DNA of 64,000 nt from Octopus bimaculoides (lineage: Eukaryota): positions 50,984,727 through 51,048,726 of the forward strand of contig NC_068999.1 of assembly GCF_001194135.2 (NCBI RefSeq), given 5' to 3'. The notes below the pieces were generated by a model. The model ran no database searches, was not told the DNA's origin, and saw only the letters and a program-made list of their open reading frames with translations. How positions within the stretch are numbered: position 1 is the stretch's first letter; each line of letters begins with the position of its first letter. The position numbers and the translations under genes were made by a program. Positions 53,926 through 64,000 of the stretch are shown piece after piece.

Positions 53926-56873
53926 GACACATGAATATGGAAAGTTAGCTGTGTTGGTGAAAATATACTACATTTTAGATATGCTTTTACGTATAAGTGT
54001 ACCATAAAACACATATCTACATATATACACACATACCCATATATACACACATCCATATATACACATTGTTAAAACTATATATATATATTCTCTAAGTGAC
54101 AGTCAGTAGTCACTTAAAAAAACCTAACACAAACAAGCCAAAATATATGGACGAAACATATTGAATAGCACTTTATTATATCCAACGATAAGTTGATATC
54201 TCTTGCGGCAGAAGCGTATATTGATTATAGACATTCTATATTCAATTCAGAAATGATTTGTCTATCTGTTGTCGTATTTCTACCCTTTCTCCTTTCTATT
54301 TTTCTGTTCTCTTTTTTTTTACATTCTTATAACAACTGCTTCTTTTCTGAATTCTCAATTCCGACGCGATTCAACGAAAACCTATGGCTTTGTATGTCAC
54401 GCTGTAAAGCACTCAAAAATGTTTTACTGAATTTTAAGTAATCAGATTTATGGAAAAGTAGTTCTCCACGAGGCAAACTTTATCCGTTTTATCGTTTTCA
54501 ACTACTTCATCGGCAGAGTATTTGGAAAACAAAACATTTTACAATACCTAAATGGCTTTCCTACGCTTTAGCACACTTTTCTTTAAACATTTTCTATAAC
54601 CATGTGCAATACATAATTTTTCTCATTTGAATCTTTCCTCAATTGGAACTAATTTTATTGCTGAACATGGGATACAGCACATCAGTTCTTCAAATCTTAT
54701 GAAACAAGGAGAGATATTTACCATACAAAATTTAAAATATTTTTGGCGTTGCTCCCATTTAACTATTAAACCTACATTTAAGTAATTTAGGTAATATTAC
54801 AATCTTACATCTCATTTTAAAAAGTAACAGCTGTTTGCGGAATTCTCATACTAAACCTTGTCACACAGTTCGATATACATCATGGGTTTAACAGTACATT
54901 CCGCTAGTTTAAATAACTAAGAAAGGGTATTTATTAATCCTATTATAATTAAGCTATACGTAAATTGTATCCAAATACTGTCCCACTAAAAGCTTCGTCA
55001 CCGACCTACTCTAAACCGTTTATTTCATATATCTTTCTCCAGTGTCACTCATAGGCGGACACCAGTTTACCTGGGGACTTCTGAGAATTGAAAAATAGGA
55101 CGTACAATTTGACATGTTCACTAAAACTGAGATAAAGTTGTCAAACGCCTTCATGAAAAGACGGTGGTGCGAAATTATTTCATTGTTATGCACGGAAGTG
55201 CTATTTTGTCAGTTTGAGATTCAGTGACTTTGTTTATAAACTGTTTTGGTGCAATATCGTGTGGATAGCTCTGCATAGTTTTATATATATATNNNNNNNN
55301 NNNNNNNNNNNNNNNNNNNNNNNNNNNNNNNNNNNNNNNNNNNNNNNNNNNNNNNNNNNNNNNNNNNNNNNNNNNNNNNNNNNNNNNNNNNNNNNNNNNN
55401 NNNNNNNNNNNNNNNNNNNNNNATATATATGACGCGCTTGTTACGGTTGCTGTCTATTAAATTCACTTAGAAATATTTTGTCGGCTCGTCGTTAAAATTA
55501 TAGCAGAGAGGTTTTTTACAATCAACAGCTTATGTCTTATAGCATTTAACATATTTGTGTTGTCTAAGTTAAATGTATACCCATTCACACTTACACAGGT
55601 GTATATATGTATGCATGTTAGTAGGTTTTTGTTTTATGTTTCAAGCGAGTTGTATCTTGTAGTATTAGTTGGTGTAATAATAGAGTAAATTAAGCTTCCT
55701 AATAACCTGTCATACACTCAATAATCAACATTAGCATCTTGTATAGCATTGCTGTCATTATCACCACATTTATCTGCCGTTCCAATCAACACCTCACTGC
55801 TGACGGAAACTAATTCCCTACGATATCCCAATGGCCGTCCTACTAATTTCAAATTACTTTACTAATTATCTGTATTCCTAAATAGATTGAAACAAAAACG
55901 AAAGGCATCACTGGAGCAAAATGAGTCAAAATACACACACAAACATACAAACATATAACTATGTATGTATGTAAGTGTGTGCGTATGTGTACGTGTGTGT
56001 ACGCGTGTGTATGTATACGTATATATAAATGTATGTATATATATATATATANNNNNNNNNNNNNNNNNNNNNNNNNNNNNNNNNNNNNNNNNNNNNNNNN
56101 NNNNNNNNNNNNNNNNNNNNNNNNNNNNNNNNNNNNNNNNNNNNNNNNNNNNNNNNNNNNNNNNNNNNNNNNNNNNNNNNNNNNNNNNNNNNNNNNNNNN
56201 NNNNNNNNNNNNNNNNNNNNNNNNNNNNNNNNNNNNNNNNNNNNNNNNNNNNNNNNNNNNNNNNNNNNNNNNNNNNNNNNNNNNNNNNNNNNNNNNNNNN
56301 NNNNNNNNNNNNNNNNNNNNNNNNNNNNNNNNNNNNNNNNNNNNNNNNNNNNNNNNNNNNNNNNNNNNNNNNNNNNNNNNNNNNNNNNNNNNNNNNNNNN
56401 NNNNNNNNNNNNNNNNNNNNNNNNNNNNNNNNNNNNNNNNNNNNNNNNNNNNNNNNNNTATATATATATATATATTTATACATATTGTATATAGTATATA
56501 TTATACACATACCTATCTATATATATATATATACACACTCACATCAATATAGCTACACATTATGGATAACCTCATAGTGTGAAGTAGCTACCATAACATA
56601 TGACAATAGTTGAATCAGTATCACGTAGGCTGCTGTTAAGTCAAATTATATTCGCAAATGTTGACGAAAATAACAAACATCCACGAAATTGGCCATTTTA
56701 CAGGAATGCTCAATTGTACTGTCATGTTAATCTTAAGTATCAAATCCGCGCGGGAAAGAACAGTCACAATCATATACATATCAGTATATTAGGTGAGATG
56801 AAGATATGTGTGTACGTGTGTTTGTGTGTGTGTCCGTCCGTCTGTATCTGTGTGTGTGTGTATGTATGTATAT

Positions 56874-57032
56874 GCAGGAGCGGGTGTGTGGTGAGAAGCT
56901 TGCTTCCCAACCATATGGTTCAGCTTCAGTCCCATTTTTTGTCACCTTGGTGAGGTTCCTTCTACTAGAGCCTCAGATTAGCCAAAGCCTTGTGAGTGTA
57001 TTTGGTAGACGGAAACTTAAAGAAGCCAGTCG
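56874..57032 (+). mobile_element. Family A SINE 5' half
   Basis: GCAGGAGCGGGTGTGTGGTGAGAAGCTTGCTTCCCAACCATATGG...GGTAGACGGAAACTTAAAGAAGCC aligns with 63297-63455. Confidence 0.8.
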
Positions 57033-57064
57033 ATTATGTACATAAAGTAAAAACTATTTGCCAA

Positions 57065-57404
57065 CATAATGTGACAGTCCTAGACGGGACGAATAATACT
57101 GTTGTTTAGCCCCAGAAAACGTGGTTTCCAGCTGGATATACGACACAATATATGCGTCTTTATATTTTCGAATATATGAGGGAGTTCAGTACCCACATCC
57201 AGCACAAAGCAACATCTGTGGTGCGGTTTCTGGGTTATTGCTCTTTCTCAGCACAGAGAATTGGCTCGGCTAGACGGCGCTGCTGAAGACCCGTTTGAAA
57301 ATATAAGGACGCAGATATTGTGTCGTATAGCCAGCTGGAACGACGTACGTTTCTTGGGGCTAAAGAACAGTAATATTCGTCCTATCGAGGACTGCCGCAT
57401 TATG
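57065..57404. mobile_element. MITE with about 110-bp imperfect terminal inverted repeats
   Basis: CATAATGTGACAGTCCTAGACGGGACGAATAATACTGTT...(57065-57175) versus ...AACAGTAATATTCGTCCTATCGAGGACTGCCGCATTATG (57292-57404). No clear TSD. Confidence 0.85.
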
Positions 57405-57521
57405 AGTAGGTATGTGTGGATGAGCAGAATGCACATGAGTATGTACAGATATGCATACACATATATACGTGCAAGCATATATGTACATACTCACGTGCAC
57501 GCCGCTCAACCAAACATACTC

Positions 57522-57577
<56 letters not shown>

Positions 57578-59067
57578 ATATAATCAACATTCATACGGTC
57601 GAGAGTTCATGATCTACATCTCCGACTATATAGTCAAAATGTCTTCAACGGTTTTGGGGATGACTGTTGCTTGATACTCACCTTTGATGGATGTACCGAT
57701 CTTACTTACACTACTTTACTCACCCAGCAATAAGACAATGAATTTCAACTCATCACCCTTATTGGTCTTTGTATATTCCACAATGTGGTACGTTAAGAAA
57801 GCAGATCTTTACTGTTGTTTGATACAAGAGTATCACTATGATTAACAATGTATTAAATAGTAAATGCATCATATAAGGATAAAATGTAATGACACGCAGC
57901 ATTATAATGGAACTTTCGATCTTGTACATAAGTGAATTGACGTCTAATATTATCAGACTATTTCGCTTGCATATGCGCAGGCTTTGATGAAAACATAATT
58001 TTTTCAAGGTAACGCAGTCACGCATAACGCTAATCCACCGATTCACCTGAGCTAGTATTAGTCAAACATATGTATGCATATGTCCACAAACTTCGAAGTC
58101 GCTGCCAATTCTTTTCCTTTGGGCTTTACGTTTAGAAAATGCTTTCTTTCCTCTCTCCTTCTCCCTCTTGCCTCTCTGCATTCTCTGTCTCAGCACACAC
58201 ACACACACACACATATATATGTATTTATGTATGTATTGATGTATGTATCGATGTATGTATATGTTTATGTACGTATGTATATGTATGTATATATATATTT
58301 ATATATATTATATATATATATACATATATATATGCAATATAAATATTTATATATATATATATATATACACATATAAATATGTATGTATATACACATATAT
58401 ACATATATTTCGAGAGAAAGAGAGAGAATGTAAGTGAGAGCGAGAGAGAATTATTTGATCTTGGCATTCTAGATTATGAAAATGTTTCATATATTGCGCA
58501 TTGTGTCTGTATTTTTCCCTATACTCCAGTATAGTAAATTATCGACATCGCTTGGGGTGTGCTATGAATTTAGTACCCTTGATCTTGATCCGAAATTACT
58601 AATTCTCCACCTACAAAATGTGATTCATACATCACAGGCAATTTATGTTTCGTTTGTTATTCACCAACAGTCTACAGACAGATATATGTGCGTGTGTATG
58701 TGTGTGTGTGTATATGTGTGCATGCGTGAGTGTGTGTTTGTGTGCGTGCGTGTGTCTGTATATATATGAATATATATATATACATGCATGCATTTATGAT
58801 ATAGGTATGTATCTATCAACAGATATATGTGCGTGCGTTTATATCTATGTATATTTGTATGTATATGATAAATCTATGTATGAATATATGCATGTATGCT
58901 TTTTTTACCGGATATATTTTGACGAATATATATATCAGGCTAAAATCAATTACATGAATTGATAAAAGATGGAACTTCTTTACTGTTTTTTTCAACCTAT
59001 TTTGTTTGCTCTCACTCTCATACATTAAAACATACATACATACATACATACATACATACATACGTAC

Positions 59068-59117
<50 letters not shown>

Positions 59118-61789
59118 TGAGCATTAATGAATATTTTAGAGATGGGAGAAACCTTCCACGTGCTTTCAGCAAGGTTAACCTTCCGAGCATAATGCCTATA
59201 AAGAAGTGAATAAAAGCCGAACATAAAAATGAAATTGAACATAATCATGAAATTTCATGGCCTTTGGTGTTAACGATATACGAGGGACTATTCTTTGATT
59301 AATGTTGCGTCTTCTGTACAAATGCGAATGCAAGACCATCCTTTCTTCACTTTTCTAAAAGGATGATGGGAGAAATATAACAAAAATGGTACACATTACC
59401 AGGAAGCTAATTATAAACATATATTTACATCCAAAGACTTAAGAACAGCTTTAGATCCTTAGTAAACTCACTTATATTCTTCTGCAAATTAATTTAGCCT
59501 TGATATATGCATTTTTTGTGCATCAGAATAAATCTCAGATGCAACATCATTGTAGTAAATTGGGCGAAAGTATTTTGCTAGCATGTTACCATTTAAACGA
59601 TGATATAATGGTTATTCCAGTGTCTGTTTGGTTATGCAATTCAATGAAAATGAACCGAAAATTGAGGCAGTTCCTAACAGACTGCGGTGTGTTTGTGTGT
59701 GTGTCAGTGCTTGTGTGTGTTCGCATGTTTCTGCGTGTGTGTCTGTGTAAGTGTGTACGTGTCCGTATCTATAGCATATATGGATTATATACTACGCATA
59801 GGGACACACGCATTCATACAGGAATGCACATCCTCAAACACACATACGCATGTATATGTATATATAAATACATATACATATATGACACACACACACATGT
59901 ATACTTGGAACAGACGTACACACAGATATATATATATATGTAATGTATTGGTATACATAAGTACTTATGTATATACATGTATATATACATACACACACAC
60001 ATACACACATGTACACATGCACACAAACACGCACACACATATACATGTTTCAAGTTTTGCTTTTATGTTAAGTTCTAATAAAAACTGAAGAATTATTCAA
60101 TATTTTTGCTAAGCGCGTATCGATTGTTCTTTAACAAGAAGAGTATTTACAGTGACTTCGAAGTTTCGTCCTGCAAAGCAATCCTCAAACAGTCCGGAGA
60201 CATATATATCATGCGTGTAACGAGTTCGCAGGCATATGTATCACTTGGGATATATGTGTCTTACGTAATGAAATAAATATCCTTTATTATTTCGTAATTA
60301 TAATTGAAAATCATGGTGAATATAGTCAGCTAGCGTTTAGCCGTAGCGTTGAAAGTAGTTGTGATCTAAGAATTTGATATACAATACATAGCGTATAGAA
60401 AATACTTACTCAACATCATGGTCCACATGCTTGGCTATTCTAGAAACAGCTGTAAGAAACTCTGTTTATAATATCTATCTAGATTAAATATTTTTTTTAC
60501 GGCTGATGCCAAATGTTTTTGGTTTTTCAATTTACATTTTTAATCTTTATTCACTTAACAACTAAATGCTCCTCTAAATCGAAAATAGTGTTGAACATTT
60601 TTGTACTTTTAATTCCTGGTTCATAATGAGTTCGTAGTCTTTTCTCAAATTAACATTGAATTTGTTTTTTATTTTATAGATTTCACATATCAAGTTATTT
60701 TTCTCTCACCCTGCTTTCTGCCGATCCATGTAGGTTGCTTGCTCTACATATTGGAGGATGTGCAAATGAACGTTTGTTGTTCAACCCAAAACATAAGAGT
60801 AGAGTTAAATCCAGAAGAAATTCATTGTTTTCATATTGCATTTCATTTTTCCTTCTCTAACGTGTATTAAATTTTAATGTAAATCACATATTAAAGGTTA
60901 ATATTTTGCCAGAAGTAGCCGTTATATAATGTTTACTGGCATTCGCCTGTTCTAACATTCTTGTGTCTCATTAATAAATGTCATCGCTAACATGTATTTG
61001 TTCGTCGAAGAATGTAAGCTAATGTTTATCTATTTAATTATTTTTTGTGAAGTTATGTACAAACAATAGTTGACAAACAATATTTAATGAATAAGTAAAG
61101 AAAAGATAACGCAGCGTTTGCGATTATTGGACTTAACAAAAAGCAAATTTCACACAAAAGCTATACATTACATTTATTCCATAACATAAATCAAAACGTT
61201 GCTGTATTTAATACGTATAAAATTTTTTGTCACGCATAGATATATAAACTTAAACGAAACAACACATCACACAGCTGCAATTTTCTACATAACACAGCAC
61301 CCCACCACTTAACTCCATCAATGTTCTAAAACGCAAATAATTGAAGCAACGCAACAACTTAAATGCTCAAATACAGCTAAGAGCAATATTATGAAACTTC
61401 CCATTCAACTGACAATACCCATACAAGATGTTTACAAGATTAAATCCACACTAAAAGAGAAAATGACATTGAAATTGCATTCATATTAAGCAGATCTGAA
61501 GATCAGTTTTGCATACATAGAAAATGGTTGCATGTACAGTCTAACGAACGTTCCCGAATATTTTATTATAAAACAAAACTCTGAAATAATACCTCAACAT
61601 GACAGTTTCCGTACCACTACTGAAACATGCTAAAGTGCCCAGTCAACTGAGAGTTTCTACAGAGGAAACATGTTGCCCCCTCATAGACGAATGCAACGTT
61701 TTACATCCCATCCACATATCATTCTATCGATTTATCATTCTTAAATATTTCGAGAAAATCGGAGACAAAACAGGATAAACATACACGCA

Positions 61790-62092
61790 TATATATATAT
61801 ATATATATATATGCGTGTATGTTCGTATACATACATACATGCATACGTACATACATTCATAAATACATACATAGATAAATACATACATACATATACACAC
61901 ATACATACATACACACATACATACACATATACACACATACATACACACATGCATACATGCATACACACATACATACATACAAACATACAAACATACATGC
62001 ATACATACATACATTCATGCATACATACATACATACATACATACATACATACATACATACATACATACATGCTTACATACACACATACATAA
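61790..62092. repeat. Compound (TA)n/(TACA)n tract
   Basis: Read directly. Confidence 0.9.
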
Positions 62093-63068
62093 ATACGTAA
62101 ATGCACAAATATACACACTTGTATTAAGACCGAAGAGTTACAAGAAAAAAATGGATAAATCAGATACCGAAGTAAAAGCAACAACGAATAACAGCAGAAG
62201 ACGTCGCTTTGTTTTGATCATAACATATTTTTCCAGGCATAAGAATTAAACTGCTAATATCGCTCACTAATTGAAATAACGATGTTTCTGTGTGATGCAC
62301 GCTACTATGTTATTCCTAACTCTCGATGGATAATTTCATTCTATTTCGATTACATTATTAATATTATTATCAGTGATAGTATTATTATTGCTGCTGTTGT
62401 TGTTGTTGTTATTATTGCTTTTGACTTCATTTATTTCTAATTATTGTTGTTGTTGTTATCATTATGCCAGAGTTAATGTTATTAAGGTGTTACTGCCCTG
62501 TTTGTACTGCTATGCATAATCATTAAATTATATTTACTTTGCCCGTTGAAAATGAAAAGAAATTATTTTACACTATATTATGTCCTTTTTTATTGTTTCT
62601 TCTTTGTTTTCTTTCTTTTTCGTTTGGATTCGTCTTAATTTGTAAACATTACGCCCTAACAGCCGGCCAGTAAATTATAGTTCCTAAATATCACAAATTT
62701 TATTTTTCTATTTGTCTCTTAAATTTCATATTTCATTTCTATGCCTGTTCAGTTGCTGGTGATGTTGTCGTTGATGTTGTCATAGTTGTTGCTTTCCTTC
62801 GTGTCATCATTTTTGCATCAACAACAAAAGAAGCAAACAGATACTTTGATATTTGCGTGTAAATCCGAATAATACTCTGCATTGAAATCCCAGTCATGGC
62901 AGTCAGATTGCCATATCGACTGCATAAATAAGAAGCTTCAGTGTGTGAAAATATTTTCAGATACATCTCCAATACAGATAAAAAGGCGACTATAGGCGAA
63001 ACACATCATAGTTTCTTATTATTGATAGTAATATTTTAATATTATATTACATTATATTATATTATAAC

Positions 63069-63164
63069 GTGGATAGGTCGTAAGGAAACTGGGGAAATGC
63101 TTGATGGTTCTAAGTTCAAATTCAGCCAAGGTCGGCTTTACCTGTCATCATTTCGGGATCGATA
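63069..63164 (+). mobile_element. Family B SINE, 5' part (interrupted)
   Basis: TTCTAAGTTCAAATTCAGCCAAGGTCGGCTTTACCTGTCATCATTTCGGGATCGATA matches the family B body up to GTCGATA. Confidence 0.75.
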
Positions 63165-63166
63165 TC

Positions 63167-63284
63167 GCTTACGGTCATATCACGTTGAGAGCACCGGTTC
63201 TCGTCCGATCACCGAAGTTAAGCAAGGTCGAGCCTAGTGAGTACTCAGATGGGTGACCGCTTGGGAAACCTAGGTGCTGTAAGC
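63167..63284 (+). rRNA. 5S rRNA copy, probably a retro-pseudogene or SINE head
   Basis: GCTTACGGTCATATCACGTTGAGAGCACCGGTTCTCGTCCGATCACCGAAGTTAAGCAAGGTCGAGCCTAGTGAGTACTCAGATGGGTGACCGCTTGGGAAACCTAGGTGCTGTAAGC is 118 nt with terminal helix GCTTAC/GTAAGC and internal A and C boxes. It has an apparent mismatch in helix II, no oligo-T terminator and no tandem 5S neighbours. Confidence 0.93.
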
Positions 63285-63296
63285 GTCACACCCCCA

Positions 63297-63506
63297 GGCG
63301 TAGGAGTGGCTGTGTGGTAAGTAGTCTGCTTACGAACCACATGGTTCCGGGTTCAGTCCCACTGCGTGGCACCTTCGTCAAGTGTCTTCTACTATAGCCT
63401 CGGGCTGACCAAAGCATTGTGAGTGGATTTGGTAGACGGAAACTGAAAGCTGCCCACCGTATATATATATATATATATATATNNNNNNNNNNNNNNNNNN
63501 NNNNNN

Positions 63507-63546
<40 letters not shown>

Positions 63547-63752
63547 TCCCCTCATCCCCAACATCGCCTGACAACCGATGGTGGTGTGTTCACGTAACTT
63601 AGCGGTTCGGCAAAAGAGACCGGTAGAATAAATAAGTACTAGGCTTACGAAGAATAAGTCCAGGGGTTGATTTGCTCGACTAAAGGCGATGCTCCAGCAT
63701 GGCCACAGTCAAATGACTGAAACAAGTAAAAGAGTAAAAGTGTAAAAGAGTA
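63297..63752 (+). mobile_element. Family A SINE, full length (tRNA head, internal (TA)n(TG)n, (GTAAAAGA)-like repeat tail)
   Basis: Head GGCGTAGGAGTGGCTGTGTGGTAAG...GGGTTCAGTCCC has A and B boxes. The 3' end is GCTCCAGCATGGCCACAGTCAAATGACTGAAACAAGTAAAAGAGTAAAAG. Confidence 0.9.
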
Positions 63753-63790
63753 AAGTAAGTTCTAGTAGTGCGCTGAGGGTGGATGTCAAC
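63751..63790 (+). mobile_element. Probable continuation (3' part) of the interrupted family B SINE
   Basis: TAAAGTAAGTTCTAGTAGTGCGCTGAGGGTGGATGT resembles family B TAAAATAAGTACCAGT..GCACTGGGGTCGAT. The match is short and diverged. Confidence 0.5.
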
Positions 63791-64000
63791 TTATGTATAT
63801 CTAGATATATAAAAACATGCGCGCGCACACACACGCTCACACTCACACTCAGAAACACGTTCACTACATTCTGTTGCCTGGGACATATCTCTGAAAATCA
63901 TCAGTGTCACTTTATAGTAAATCTTATATTAAAATATTAAAATATACAATGCTGCGTCTGTGGCGTGATATAAGCTCACGACCTTTGGTTCCACAGACTG

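Noticed and set aside
55085-55262. Possible mariner 5' non-coding end
   Set aside because: No TIR or transposase motif could be pinned down, and the segment runs into a gap.
63950-64000. tRNA-like sequence on the minus strand at the window edge
   Set aside because: Truncated by the window and lacks a clean T-loop; more likely another SINE head than a tRNA gene.

Overview
AT-rich, microsatellite-saturated animal genomic DNA from a gapped draft assembly, with about a dozen N-runs, nearly all flanked by short tandem repeats. The SINE families, repeat landscape and mollusc-type 5S sequence point to an octopus (coleoid cephalopod) genome; this is inference. I cannot support any intact host protein-coding gene. 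Most entries in the ORF track are microsatellite or gap artefacts, so the window is probably intergenic or deep intronic. Recognisable content: at least four tRNA-headed SINE families (my labels A-D); decayed Tc1/mariner transposase fragments (two mariner-type, one DD37D-like); an internally deleted RTE LINE; the 3' end of an R4/Dong-like RLE retrotransposon sitting in a (TAA)n tract; two MITE-like foldbacks; and a near-complete 5S rRNA copy. Two observations stand out. (1) A tRNA-headed SINE at 3713-4030 carries a minimal type I hammerhead ribozyme core of the dimeric, Penelope-associated kind at 3905-3950, with an inverted, internally deleted copy of itself directly upstream. (2) A terminator-less 5S rRNA copy is fused to a full-length tRNA-SINE, and the whole block (63167-63752) appears to split an older SINE as a single unit.
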